Origin: Minisyncoccota bacterium
GTDB lineage: Bacteria; Patescibacteriota; Minisyncoccia; Phycocordibacterales; UBA9973
Direction of reading: 5' to 3'
DNA: 43,921 bases
NCBI GenBank assembly: GCA_018062065.1
Contig: JAGOSX010000003.1
Coordinates: 1 to 43,921 of the forward strand
Under the pieces are notes generated by a model. The model searched no databases. It was not told the DNA's origin and saw only the letters and a list, made by a program, of their open reading frames with translations. Shown piece after piece: positions 14,145 through 23,594 of this stretch. Position 1 is the first letter of the stretch. Each line of letters opens with the position of its first letter. The translations under genes and the position numbers were made by a program.

Positions 14145-14172
14145 TGTTTTTAGCAAGGAATGTCCTTGCTAT

Positions 14173-14257
14173 TGGTGCCTGAGGTGGGGGTCGAACCCAC
14201 ATCCCTTGCGAGACACGATTTTAAGTCGTGCGCGTATACCAATTCCGCCACTCAGGC
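14173..14257 (-). tRNA. tRNA-Leu (anticodon UAA), type II, CCA encoded
   Basis: Reverse strand: GCCTGAG-TG-GCGG..CGC-CACGA-CTTAAAA-TCGTG, long variable arm, then GTGGG-TTCGACC-CCCAC-CTCAGGC-ACCA. Confidence 0.9.
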
Positions 14258-14336
14258 AATTATTGAATTTTTAAACTACAAACCTTATTCTAACTATTTT
14301 TTTTGAAAAATACAATACCTTTTGATATTTGTATTG

Positions 14337-14408
14337 AGGCCTAGGCCGGAATCGAACCGGCGTATAAGAGTTTTGCAGACTCTTGCCTTACCACTTGGCG
14401 ACTAGGCC
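14337..14408 (-). tRNA. tRNA-Cys (anticodon GCA)
   Basis: Reverse strand: GGCCTAG-..-GCC-AAGTGGTAA-GGC-AGAGT-CTGCAAA-ACTCT-..-GCCGG-TTCGATT-CCGGC-CTAGGCC-T. 72 nt. It lies 32 nt downstream of the rbfA stop on the same strand. Confidence 0.85.
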
Positions 14409-14440
14409 GAACTTATATTTTTTGTTTTTATCTTAATATC

Positions 14441-14764
14441 TTACTTTGCTCGGAGCAGTTCGTCAATTTTTTGTCTATTTTTCTCACCTTTATCTATTTC
14501 TATTTCAACAAAAGGTATTACCTTGATATTCATATTTTTCTTTAAAAAGTCTCGCATATTACCTCTTTGTCTTTTTGCAAAAAATAATGCAGCTTCTTCT
14601 TTGGATTCTGGCATAACTGTGATAAAGATAGTTGCTCTTTTGAAATCAGGAGAAACGTTAGCTGAAGTAACGGTGATTAGGGAAGTATTATTATTTTCGC
14701 GCGCTAAAAAAGTTGCCGCTAACTCTTTTAATATAGTGTTCATTTGTTCTCTTCTTTCTGTCAT
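14441..14764 (-). CDS. rbfA: Ribosome-binding factor A
   Basis: 107 aa. Contains LAATFLARE...LITVTSANVSPDFKRATIFITV, and it sits directly after infB, which is the conserved infB-rbfA order. Confidence 0.8.
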   Translation of the reverse strand: MTERREQMNTILKELAATFLARENNNTSLITVTSANVSPDFKRATIFITVMPESKEEAALFFAKRQRGNMRDFLKKNMNIKVIPFVEIEIDKGEKNRQKIDELLRAK

Positions 14765-14765
14765 T

Positions 14766-16268
14766 TTATTTTTCTACAACTTTAAAAGTTTCAATAATAT
14801 CATTTTGAGCAATTTCTACTTTAGATTCTATCATCATTCCAAATTCTCTACCTTCTTCTACGACGCTAGTTTTATTTTTATCTTTTTCAAGATTTATAAT
14901 TTTACCTCTACCGATTTCTCCTTCACGACGTATTATGCGAACTTGCCCAGAATGAATTTCTCCAATTAAAACTTTTCCTCCTAAGACTTGGCGTTCTTTA
15001 GTTTTACTAAATACTTTAAGAATTTTCGCACTACCGGTGACTTCAGTAGTAGTGATTTTAGGTCTGCGGTTTTCCATTTCAATTTCTAACCACTCAGTCA
15101 TTTTATAAATAATATCAAAAGTCATAATTTGAATATTCATACGTTCAGCTAGAGATAAAGCATTGTTATCAGACTTAACGTTAAACCCTAAAACAATAGC
15201 ATTTTCGTCCGAGATTGCATTTTTGATATCTTTTTCACCAATAGTACCTTCACCTTTTTGGATTATTTTAAAGCGAGCATTTTCAACTTCGATTTTTTCT
15301 ATTTCTTTTTCTATTGCTTCTATTGATCCTGAAGTATCAGCCTTGAGTACTATTGGGATTATTTTTTTGTCAGTATTTAAATCTAATTCTTTAGTGTTTT
15401 TTTCTTCTTCTACAACTTCTTCTTCAAAAGAAATCATTTCAGTTTTTTTGTGGAAAGAAACAAACTCACTACCAACTTTAGGCATTTTATCAAAACCGAT
15501 AAGTCTAATTGGTGCAGAAAAAGTAGCTTCATTTGTAGCTTTGCCTTTAAAATCTTCTAATATTCTAACTGGGCAATGACTATTGCCAGCTAAAACCCAC
15601 ATGCCTTTTTTCAAGGTACCGTTTTTGATAATCATTACCGCTTCAATACCTCTTTTTTGATCTAAGTTTGCTTCGATAATAAATCCAGTAGCTTCTTGGT
15701 TTTTGTCTCCTTTAAAATCTTCTAAATCTGCAACAATTGTAATAAGAGATAATAATTCAGGTATATTGGTGCCAGCTTTAGCTGAAATTTCTATAAAAGG
15801 AATATTACCTCCGTAATTTTCAAGGTAAACTCCGTGTTCAGAAAGTTCCATTTTAGTTTTCTCTACGTTGGCGCCTGGTTTATCTATTTTATTAATAGCG
15901 ACAATTACAGGAATTTTTGCTTCTTCAATAGTTTTCCAAGCTTCAATAGTTTGAGGTTTAACTCCGTCTTCAGCTGAAACTATTAAAATAGCGATATCAG
16001 CAATATTTGCACCTCGTTTACGCATTTTAGAAAATGCTGCGTGGCCTGGAGTATCGATAAAGCTGATTTTGCGATCAGCTCCATTTTCATCTTGATGAAT
16101 TATTTCATAAGCACGAATATGTTGAGTAATACCTCCAGCTTCACTATCAACAATATTAGTATTACGGATATAATCAAGCAAGGTAGATTTACCATGATCA
16201 ACATGCCCCATAATAACAACTACAGGTGGACGAGTTTGTATAGAATTTTCTTTGTTTGTTTTTGTCAT
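14766..16268 (-). CDS. infB: Translation initiation factor IF-2 (short form starting at the G domain)
   Basis: RPPVVVIMGHVDHGKSTLLD, DTPGHAAF and NKID G-motifs, followed by the IF-2 domain II / C1 / C2 pattern. It is 500 aa, against about 700-900 aa for typical IF-2. Confidence 0.95.
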   Translation of the reverse strand: MTKTNKENSIQTRPPVVVIMGHVDHGKSTLLDYIRNTNIVDSEAGGITQHIRAYEIIHQDENGADRKISFIDTPGHAAFSKMRKRGANIADIAILIVSAEDGVKPQTIEAWKTIEEAKIPVIVAINKIDKPGANVEKTKMELSEHGVYLENYGGNIPFIEISAKAGTNIPELLSLITIVADLEDFKGDKNQEATGFIIEANLDQKRGIEAVMIIKNGTLKKGMWVLAGNSHCPVRILEDFKGKATNEATFSAPIRLIGFDKMPKVGSEFVSFHKKTEMISFEEEVVEEEKNTKELDLNTDKKIIPIVLKADTSGSIEAIEKEIEKIEVENARFKIIQKGEGTIGEKDIKNAISDENAIVLGFNVKSDNNALSLAERMNIQIMTFDIIYKMTEWLEIEMENRRPKITTTEVTGSAKILKVFSKTKERQVLGGKVLIGEIHSGQVRIIRREGEIGRGKIINLEKDKNKTSVVEEGREFGMMIESKVEIAQNDIIETFKVVEK

Positions 16269-16723
16269 TATACTTTTGCTTTATTTATTACTTCGCGTTC
16301 TTCATCAGTTAATTCGTAAGTTGAAGAACCTTTTTTAATAGGTTTAGCAAATACGCTCATTCTTTCTCTTGCGTATAAGCTAGAGATTACTACTCCGTCA
16401 CCTTCTTCGTTTTGCATTGAAATAGCAAAACTTTGGTTGCCTCCTTGATCAGGGAAAGGATTAAAACGGATAGTTTCAAGCCCACGAATGCTTTTCTTTA
16501 ATTTTTGATTTACGATTGCAAGCTCAGCTTCGATTTTGTTTTTAGATAAGATTAGATTTTTGACTTCGTCTTCTAAATGAATTAAAGTATCTTCTAAGTC
16601 TTTAGCTTTTTTGCCTATAAAAAAACGTTTTAGTCTTTTCTCGGTTTTAACAATCCAAAAGATGTTGCACAAGAGTACAATGAAAATTAGGATAAAAAAA
16701 ATAATTTCGAGCTTGGAAATCAT
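16268..16723 (-). CDS. DUF4446-like membrane-anchored protein
   Basis: N-terminal TM helix and a coiled segment, then IRFNPFPDQGGNQSFAISMQNEEGDGVVISSLYARE..VFAKPI, which I recognise as the DUF4446 signature. Its stop overlaps the infB start (TAATG). Confidence 0.6.
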   Translation of the reverse strand: MISKLEIIFFILIFIVLLCNIFWIVKTEKRLKRFFIGKKAKDLEDTLIHLEDEVKNLILSKNKIEAELAIVNQKLKKSIRGLETIRFNPFPDQGGNQSFAISMQNEEGDGVVISSLYARERMSVFAKPIKKGSSTYELTDEEREVINKAKV

Positions 16724-16768
16724 ACCATTCCAATATATACTATTTTTATAGTTTTATCAAATTAAGAA

Positions 16769-17980
16769 ATGAAACACAAAAATAAAAAAATCATATATTT
16801 AGATAATGCTTCTGCTACAAAAATTGATCCCGAAGTATTAAAAACAATTTTAAAATCTCTGAAAGAGGATTTTTACAATGCGAGTGCTATTCATGAAGGA
16901 GGAATATTTGTAAATCAAAAAATCAAAGATTCTCGCAAAAAAATTGCAAATTCTTTATCTGTATCTAGCGAAGAAATTATATTTACGAGTGGGGCAACAG
17001 AATCTAATAATTTAGCAATTTTAGGTACGCTATATAATTTTAAAGATAATTTTAGCAAGCCTCATATTATAAGTACTAAAATTGAGCACGCTTCAGTTTT
17101 AGAATTATTAATTCATTTAGAAAAAGAAAATCAAATAGAATTAACTTTGCTCGATGTTAATCAAGAAGGGGATTTAAATATCAAAGATCTCAAGAAAAAT
17201 CTAAAAGAAAATACTGTTTTAGTTTCTGTGATGTATGCGAATAATGAAATCGGAACTATTTTTGATATTAAAGAAATTGCAAAAACAATTCGTCATTTTC
17301 GAAAAAATAAAATTAAAAATAATCATTTCCCGTATTTTCATACTGATGCCACTCAAGCGACTAATTATTTATCGATGAATGTTTTAAATTTAGGGGTAGA
17401 CCTTATGTCTTTTAATTCTGCAAAGATTTACGGGCCTAAGGGTATAGGGGTTTTATACAAAAAAAGAAATGTAGAAATCAAAAGTTTATTTTATGGAGGA
17501 GATCAAGAATTTGGTTTAAGGGCTGGAACTTTAAATGCTCCTTTGATTTTAGGTTTAGTTAAAGCTTTAGAAATAACTAATAAAATAAAAGAAACTGAAG
17601 TAATTCGTTTAACAAAATTAAGAAATCAATTTTATATAAAATTACAAAAAGTTTTTTCTAAATATAATTTAGAAATTAGATTGAATGGTAATTTAGAAAA
17701 TCGTTTACCAAATAATTTAAATATATCTATACCGAAAATACCTAGCGATTTGTTTTTAGTAGAATTATCTATGAGGGGAATATATCTCTCTGAAAAAAGT
17801 GCTTGTAAGACTGGCGAGAAAAAAAGTTCTCACGTATTAGACGCTCTTTATCAAAATCAAAGTTTGAAAAACCAAAGTTTACGTTTTTCTTTAGGTAGAG
17901 AAACTAAGAAAGAAGATTTGGATTTTGTTATTTTATCGATAGATGAAATTTTAAAGAAACTGAAATCTTGGTATCTTTAA
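16769..17980 (+). CDS. Cysteine desulfurase (class V aminotransferase, NifS/IscS-like)
   Basis: YLDNASATKIDPEV, TSGATESNN, the PLP-Lys region DLMSFNSAKIYGPKGIG and the catalytic-loop Cys SEKSACKTGEKKSSHVL. Confidence 0.8.
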   Translation: MKHKNKKIIYLDNASATKIDPEVLKTILKSLKEDFYNASAIHEGGIFVNQKIKDSRKKIANSLSVSSEEIIFTSGATESNNLAILGTLYNFKDNFSKPHIISTKIEHASVLELLIHLEKENQIELTLLDVNQEGDLNIKDLKKNLKENTVLVSVMYANNEIGTIFDIKEIAKTIRHFRKNKIKNNHFPYFHTDATQATNYLSMNVLNLGVDLMSFNSAKIYGPKGIGVLYKKRNVEIKSLFYGGDQEFGLRAGTLNAPLILGLVKALEITNKIKETEVIRLTKLRNQFYIKLQKVFSKYNLEIRLNGNLENRLPNNLNISIPKIPSDLFLVELSMRGIYLSEKSACKTGEKKSSHVLDALYQNQSLKNQSLRFSLGRETKKEDLDFVILSIDEILKKLKSWYL

Positions 17981-17994
17981 AAAATTGACTTTTG

Positions 17995-18003
17995 TGCTAT
18001 AAT
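17995..18003 (+). promoter_or_regulatory. Extended -10 promoter (TGCTATAAT) 6 nt upstream of ATG 18010
   Basis: Exact TGnTATAAT match. It lies inside the first codons of the ORF-track model, which starts at TTG 17992. Confidence 0.6.
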
Positions 18004-18009
18004 AGCTAT

Positions 18010-18378
18010 ATGGATATAAAAGATTTAAATAAAGGGCAATTTATATTACTGATGATATTAGTTTGCTTTGTTGTATCTATTGCGACAAGTATTACTACTT
18101 ATTCTCTTATTTCACAAGCTCCCGAAAGCGTAAAAAGACCTATAACTCAAGTAGTTCAAAGAACAGTCGAACGTATCGTCGAAGTACCACAAGGAGAAAC
18201 TTTATCAAAAGATGAATTAGAGTTGATTGAAGATTTAAAAGCCTTAAAACCACTTATTGATAAATTAGCTAAAGAAGAGAATTCAGAAACAAATACTTCA
18301 AATAATAATACAGGAAATACTACTACTGAAACTCCAACTGAAAATCCTACAACAGAAAACCCAAATCCAAATCCATAA
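18010..18378 (+). CDS. Single-pass membrane protein with a Thr/Asn/Pro-rich tail, unknown function (start moved to ATG 18010)
   Basis: The ORF track starts at TTG 17992, but a consensus extended -10 occupies 17995-18003. ATG 18010 (MDIKDLNKGQ...) sits at leaderless distance from it. One TM helix (FILLMILVCFVVSIATSITTY) is present. Confidence 0.5.
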   Translation: MDIKDLNKGQFILLMILVCFVVSIATSITTYSLISQAPESVKRPITQVVQRTVERIVEVPQGETLSKDELELIEDLKALKPLIDKLAKEENSETNTSNNNTGNTTTETPTENPTTENPNPNP

Positions 18379-18402
18379 TTAAAATTAATTAATTAAACTC
18401 AT

Positions 18403-21114
18403 ATGCCACCACTAAATAAATTTACAACAAAAGCAAAAGAAACTATTAAGAAAGCACATGAGCTCGCAATCGAAAGAGGGCAAAATCATGTCTCTGCTAT
18501 GCATTTACTTGCAGCTTTAGTATTGCAAGAAGAAAGTATTGTAAATTCGATTTTAGATAAAATGGAAATTGATACTATGTTACTTACTGATTCTGTTTTA
18601 GAAGCAATCGAATTACCAGAACGCGATACTACGCTATCTCCTTCATATCAGATTTATCTTAATCCTGATTTAGCTCAAACTATTGAGCATTCTTTAGCTG
18701 TAGCGGTATTTACTAAAGATGAATTTGTTTCGACCGAGCATCTTTTTATTGCTTTGATAGATGTTGAAAGTGATGCAAAAACTTTATTAATGAAATTTAA
18801 AATTAATAAAGAAAAAGTTTTTAATATTTTAAATGAACTCAAAGAACAAAATCTGACTGGAGATGAAAGTCCAAAGAAAATGAAAATGATTTTGAAATAT
18901 ACTCGTAATCTGACTCGTCTTGCTCGCGAAGATAAACTTGATCCAGTCATAGGACGTGATAGTGAAATAATGCGTATCATGCAAATCCTTTCTCGTCGTA
19001 CAAAAAATAATCCGATTTTGATAGGGGAAGCTGGAACTGGTAAAACTGCAGTAGTTGAAGGTTTGGCTGAAAGAATAGCTAAAGGTACAGCTCCAGAATC
19101 TTTGCGTGACAAAGAAGTAGTTTCTCTTGATTTAGGTATGCTTATTGCTGGGACTAAGTATCGCGGAGAATTTGAAGAAAGATTAAAAGGTATAATGAAA
19201 GAAATCGAAAAGACTGACGGTAAAGTTATACTTTTTATTGATGAAATTCATACTATTGTCGGGGCGGGAGGAAGTGAAGGAACTCTTGATGCTTCAAATA
19301 TGTTAAAACCTGCTCTTGCGAGAGGTGAATTGCGTGCTATTGGAGCGACGACTCTTAAAGAATATCAAAAGTATATAGAGAAAGATCCTGCACTCGCTAG
19401 ACGTTTTCAACCTGTATATATTGATGAACCAAATATCGAAGATGCTATTACTATCCTTCGTGGGCTTAAAGAACGTTATGAACTTTTCCACGGCGTGCGT
19501 ATTACTGATGATGCTATTGTTAGTGCTGTAAATTTATCTTCTCGATATATTACTAATAGATTTTTACCAGATAAAGCTGTTGATTTGATTGATGAGGCTT
19601 CTTCTTCACTAAAAATATCTTTAGAAAATAAACCTGTAATGCTAGAAGAAGCACATAGAAAAATAATGCGTCTTGAAATCGAGCGTGAAGCTTTGAATAA
19701 AGAAATTACAATTATTGAAGCTCCAAAAGAAAAAATTCGAGAAGAGAAAAATCGTATTAAGGAAATTGAGCGCGAAATTGCTAACCTGAACGAAAAAACC
19801 AAAGAGTTAGAATTAAAATGGAAAAATGAAAGAAATATAGTAATGGAAATTCGCCAAATTAAAAAAGATTTAGAAACTTTGCGAGTAGATGCAGAGAATG
19901 CAGAAATGCAATCTGACTTATCAAAAGCAGCTGAAATCAGATATGGCAAAATTCCAACTCTGAAAAAAGAATTAGATACAAAATTAGCACGTTTGAAAAA
20001 ATTACAAAAATCTCGCAGAATTTTAAAAGAAGAAATTACCGAAGAAGATATTGCTAGCGTAGTTGCTCGTTGGACAGGTATACCAGTTTCAAAAATGCTT
20101 GAAGAAGAAAGAGAAAAATTAGGTAAAATGGAAGAAGAACTCTCTAGTAGAATTATCGGACAAGAAGATGCGGTTAAGAGAGTAGCTGAAGTTATCAAAC
20201 GTTCTAAAGCTGGAATCTCTGATCCTAATAGGCCTATTGGATCTTTTATATTCTTGGGTCCTACTGGAGTAGGTAAAACTGAGCTTACGAAAGCTTTAGC
20301 GGAAATTATGTGGAATGACGAGAAAGCTATCATTAGAGTTGATATGTCTGAATACATGGAACGCCACAGCGTTTCTAAGCTTGTTGGTTCACCGCCTGGA
20401 TATGTTGGTTATGACGAAGCGGGGCAATTAACCGAAGCTGTCCGTCATAGACCTTATTCGATAATTTTATTTGATGAAATAGAAAAAGCTCATCCGGAAG
20501 TATTTAATATTTTACTTCAAGTTCTCGACGAAGGTCGTATGACTGACGGTAAAGGTAGAGTTGTTAATTTCAAAAATACTATTATTATAATGACTTCTAA
20601 TATCGGTTCTCAATTTATTGAGAAGATGGAATCTATCGGATTTTCAAATACTACCGAGAAAGAAGATTATATGAATGTAAAAGATAGAGTGATGGAATCT
20701 CTCAAAGAACATTTTCGTCCTGAATTCTTAAATCGTATTGATGAGATTGTGCTTTTTGATATTTTATCTAAAGAAGCAATTTTAGAAATTGTAAAATTAA
20801 GAATTAAAGTTGTAAAAGAAAGAATTCAAAATAAAGGAATTTATTTTGAGATAAATGATGAAGCTCTAGAATATCTCGCGATAGAAGGTTATAATCCGCA
20901 TTATGGAGCAAGACCTTTAAACAGACTTATTCAAAATAAAATTTTAAATCCGATTGCGAATTTGATGATTAGTAATAATTTGAAGAAAGGGGATAGTGTA
21001 TTAATTAATGCTAAAAACAATGAGTTAATGATCACCACTAAGAAAGGCCACGCCACAGGACGGGCAGGAAAAGTTAAAAGTAATCTAAAGATTAAAAGTA
21101 AAATAAAAGTGTAA
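18403..21114 (+). CDS. clpB: ATP-dependent chaperone/disaggregase ClpB
   Basis: 903 aa. Clp N-domain repeats, two AAA+ modules (GEAGTGKTA and GPTGVGKTE Walker A; DEIH and FDEIEKAH Walker B) and a long coiled-coil M-domain between them. Confidence 0.95.
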   Translation: MPPLNKFTTKAKETIKKAHELAIERGQNHVSAMHLLAALVLQEESIVNSILDKMEIDTMLLTDSVLEAIELPERDTTLSPSYQIYLNPDLAQTIEHSLAVAVFTKDEFVSTEHLFIALIDVESDAKTLLMKFKINKEKVFNILNELKEQNLTGDESPKKMKMILKYTRNLTRLAREDKLDPVIGRDSEIMRIMQILSRRTKNNPILIGEAGTGKTAVVEGLAERIAKGTAPESLRDKEVVSLDLGMLIAGTKYRGEFEERLKGIMKEIEKTDGKVILFIDEIHTIVGAGGSEGTLDASNMLKPALARGELRAIGATTLKEYQKYIEKDPALARRFQPVYIDEPNIEDAITILRGLKERYELFHGVRITDDAIVSAVNLSSRYITNRFLPDKAVDLIDEASSSLKISLENKPVMLEEAHRKIMRLEIEREALNKEITIIEAPKEKIREEKNRIKEIEREIANLNEKTKELELKWKNERNIVMEIRQIKKDLETLRVDAENAEMQSDLSKAAEIRYGKIPTLKKELDTKLARLKKLQKSRRILKEEITEEDIASVVARWTGIPVSKMLEEEREKLGKMEEELSSRIIGQEDAVKRVAEVIKRSKAGISDPNRPIGSFIFLGPTGVGKTELTKALAEIMWNDEKAIIRVDMSEYMERHSVSKLVGSPPGYVGYDEAGQLTEAVRHRPYSIILFDEIEKAHPEVFNILLQVLDEGRMTDGKGRVVNFKNTIIIMTSNIGSQFIEKMESIGFSNTTEKEDYMNVKDRVMESLKEHFRPEFLNRIDEIVLFDILSKEAILEIVKLRIKVVKERIQNKGIYFEINDEALEYLAIEGYNPHYGARPLNRLIQNKILNPIANLMISNNLKKGDSVLINAKNNELMITTKKGHATGRAGKVKSNLKIKSKIKV

Positions 21115-21115
21115 T

Positions 21116-21146
21116 TAAAAATCCCTCAAAATCTGAGGGATTTTTA
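21116..21146 (+). terminator. Intrinsic terminator after clpB
   Basis: tccctca (21122-21128) pairs with tgaggga (21134-21140) around a 5-nt loop. A T5 run follows. Confidence 0.8.
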
Positions 21147-21196
21147 ATTAAAAGATGCAAAAAAAATTAATTTATGGTATTTTATATATTGTAATT

Positions 21197-21280
21197 GCGT
21201 CGGTGGTAGAGTGGTCAATTACAACAGACTGTAAATCTGTCGGGCTTTGCCCTACGAAGGTTCGAATCCTTCCCGGCGCA
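21197..21280 (+). tRNA. tRNA-Tyr (anticodon GUA), type II
   Basis: GCGTCGG-TG-GTAG-AGTGGTCAA-TTAC-A-ACAGA-CTGTAAA-TCTGT, variable arm CGGGCTTTGCCCTAC, then GAAGG-TTCGAAT-CCTTC-CCGGCGC-A. 84 nt with one G-U pair in the acceptor stem. Confidence 0.85.
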
Positions 21281-21297
21281 CTTGAGTATTGACTTAA

Positions 21298-21552
21298 TTG
21301 ATAAATTATAGTATTATATTATTTGAATTAGGTCTTCAAATTTTTTTAAAATTTAAATTTTGTAAAATGAAAACTACGTTGTTTTTCTTTTTCTTTATTA
21401 TTTTTTTAGTTCATTTGATTTTTTATAAATTAGATGAAATGAATGAGTATTTTGTTTTTTTATTAATTCCTTTATGTATTTTTGCAGGAGGGGTATTTAA
21501 AAAATTACAAGATATTTCTGATATTAAAAATAAAATAAAAAAGAAAATTTAA
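21298..21552 (+). CDS. Possible small two-helix membrane protein (weak call)
   Basis: The 84-aa ORF has a TTG start (an internal ATG at 21367 gives MKTTLFFFFFIIF...). It is extremely AT-rich and hydrophobic, so it could be a chance ORF. Confidence 0.25.
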   Translation: MINYSIILFELGLQIFLKFKFCKMKTTLFFFFFIIFLVHLIFYKLDEMNEYFVFLLIPLCIFAGGVFKKLQDISDIKNKIKKKI

Positions 21553-21720
21553 TTTTTATGAATTTATTTGATAACAAATAGAGACTATTTGGTTTTTTAC
21601 AAATCATCTAGTCTTTTTTTATTTTGTATTTTTTAAAAAGTGTGTTATTATATTTATATTAGATTCTTGACTCTGTTTTAGGAGTTTTTTTATTTAAATT
21701 TATTAATTAAAATTTTTTTT

Positions 21721-23538
21721 ATGGATATTAGAAATATTGCAATTATTGCTCACGTGGACCACGGTAAGACTACTCTTACAGATGCTTTGATGAAGCAAAA
21801 CGGTATAGTTTTAGATGAAGGAGTTTCTATGGACTCAAACGCTCTCGAAAAAGAGCGAGGTATTACTATTTATGCGAAAAATACTTCGATTTATTATAAA
21901 GATACAAAGATTAATATAGTAGATACTCCAGGTCACGCGGACTTCGGTTCAGAAGTAGAACGCGTATTACGCGCTATTGATTCAGTTTTGCTTCTTGTTG
22001 ACGCTGTAGAAGGACCTATGCCTCAAACTCGTTTCGTTTTGAAAAAATCTCTTGAGCTCGGACTTAAGCCGATAGTTGTAATTAATAAGATAGATAAACC
22101 AGCAGCCGATATAGCTCGCGTGCATGATGAAATTTTAGAATTGTTTTTAGAACTTGGAGCAAATGATGAGCAAACTGATTTTAAAACTATTTATGCTATT
22201 GGGCGTGAAGGTAAAGCTTTCAAAAATATCGGAGATGATTCAAATGATCTTTCTCCTTTACTTGATCTTATTTTAGAAATCGTACCTGTTGCTTCAGCAA
22301 ACAAAGAAGGCAAATTGCAAGCTCAAGTATTTAATCTGGCTTATGATAATTTCTTAGGAAGAATGGCGATTTGTAGAGTTTATGAAGGTAGTATAAAAAA
22401 CGCAAGTTCTTTAGTTGTGAAAGGCGAGAATGGTTCTCGAAATGGTAAGATAACTAAACTTTTTACTTTTGAAGGTACTAATCGCAAAGAAGTTCCTAGT
22501 GCAAGCAGGGGCGACATTGTTATGATTGCTGGAATCCCAGATATTTTTATTGGAGAGACTTTGTGTGAAGATGAGAGTGTAGAAGCTTTACCTCATATTG
22601 CTATCGATGAACCAACTTTGTCACTTAACTTTTTAGTAAATGATTCTCCTTTCGCAGGTAAAGAAGGTAAATTTGTAACTTCTCGTCAAATCAAAGAAAG
22701 ACTTGAGAAAGAATTAGAAATCAACGTTGGTCTTAAAGTAGATTTTTCTCCAGACCAAGGTGAAGATAAATCAGGTCCAAGCTTCTTTAAAGTTTATGGA
22801 CGCGGAGAACTTCATGTTGCAGTTTTGTTAGAAAATATGCGTCGTGAAGGATTTGAAATGCAAGTTTCTCAACCCGAAGTAATTATAAAAGTTGATGCAA
22901 ATGGTAATAAAACTGAACCTTATGAAGAACTTGTAATAGATGTGCCAACTATATCTTCTGGAACTGTGATAGAAAAGATCGGTAAAAGAAAAGGAATAAT
23001 GAAAGATATGCAAGACAAAGACGGAATTTCTAGAATTATTTTTGAAATACCTACTCGTGGATTGTTAGGCTACCGCGGTGAATTTATTATTGATACAAAA
23101 GGTGAGGGAATTATGTCTTCTCGTTTTAGTGCTTTCAAAGAATACGCTGGAGAAATCAAGAAAAGAGAGTACGGATCTATGACTTCTATGATTACTGGTA
23201 AAGCAGTAGCCTTTGCACTTGCTAATTTACAAGAACGTGGTATATTATATATAGATCATGGTACAGAAGTTTACGAAGGTATGGTAATTGGTAACGTTTT
23301 AAAAGGAGAAGATATGTCAGTCAATCCTATAAAAGGTAAACAACTTACAAATATGCGTGCTTCTGGTACTGATGAAATGATAGTGTTAAAGCCAGCTTTC
23401 GTACTCAGTATCGAACGTGGTCTTGAAGTAATGGGTATGGATGAGTATTTAGAAATAACTCCGAAATCAGTTAGACTTCGCAAGAAATTTTTAACTGAAA
23501 ATGATAGAAATAAAGCTTTCCGTACAAAAAATAATTAA
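21721..23538 (+). CDS. typA: Translational GTPase TypA/BipA
   Basis: IRNIAIIAHVDHGKTTLTD, DTPGHADFG and NKIDK G-motifs. The 605-aa length and the C-terminal ...EYLEITPKSVRLRK pattern are typical of BipA. TAAAAT at 21708-21713 lies 7 nt before the ATG. Confidence 0.95.
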   Translation: MDIRNIAIIAHVDHGKTTLTDALMKQNGIVLDEGVSMDSNALEKERGITIYAKNTSIYYKDTKINIVDTPGHADFGSEVERVLRAIDSVLLLVDAVEGPMPQTRFVLKKSLELGLKPIVVINKIDKPAADIARVHDEILELFLELGANDEQTDFKTIYAIGREGKAFKNIGDDSNDLSPLLDLILEIVPVASANKEGKLQAQVFNLAYDNFLGRMAICRVYEGSIKNASSLVVKGENGSRNGKITKLFTFEGTNRKEVPSASRGDIVMIAGIPDIFIGETLCEDESVEALPHIAIDEPTLSLNFLVNDSPFAGKEGKFVTSRQIKERLEKELEINVGLKVDFSPDQGEDKSGPSFFKVYGRGELHVAVLLENMRREGFEMQVSQPEVIIKVDANGNKTEPYEELVIDVPTISSGTVIEKIGKRKGIMKDMQDKDGISRIIFEIPTRGLLGYRGEFIIDTKGEGIMSSRFSAFKEYAGEIKKREYGSMTSMITGKAVAFALANLQERGILYIDHGTEVYEGMVIGNVLKGEDMSVNPIKGKQLTNMRASGTDEMIVLKPAFVLSIERGLEVMGMDEYLEITPKSVRLRKKFLTENDRNKAFRTKNN

Positions 23539-23541
23539 TTC

Positions 23542-23570
23542 TTGACATTATTATAAAAATAAGGTATATT
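23542..23570 (+). promoter_or_regulatory. Near-consensus sigma-70 promoter (TTGACA-17 nt-TATATT)
   Basis: TTGACA at 23542-23547, a 17-nt spacer, and TATATT at 23565-23570. It lies 24 nt upstream of ATG 23595. Confidence 0.7.
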
Positions 23571-23594
23571 AAAACTATTAATTAAAAAAAATTT

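Noticed and set aside
14523-16319. Three plus-strand ORFs (14523-14969, 15163-15579 and 16041-16319) opposite rbfA and infB.
   Set aside because: They are shadow ORFs of the strongly supported minus-strand infB and rbfA genes.
17992-18009. The TTG start at 17992 used by the ORF track for the 128-aa membrane protein.
   Set aside because: These codons overlap a consensus TGCTATAAT promoter element. ATG 18010 lies at the same 6-nt leaderless spacing seen at other genes, so the shorter model is preferred.
19476-20357. A 293-aa ORF antisense to clpB. The ORFs at 18675-19112 and 19303-19491 are similar.
   Set aside because: They lie entirely within, and opposite to, a gene with unmistakable ClpB motifs. 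Their products are Ser/Ile/Phe-rich and low in complexity, as expected from reading an AT-rich, Lys/Glu-rich gene backwards. They have no promoter or terminator of their own.
21185-21197. TATATT lies 6 nt upstream of the mature 5' end of tRNA-Tyr, which might indicate a leaderless, RNase-P-independent tRNA.
   Set aside because: This is a single example in very AT-rich DNA, with an alternative TGGTATTTT box nearby. The other four tRNAs have no such box and appear co-transcribed with rbfA. The evidence is insufficient.
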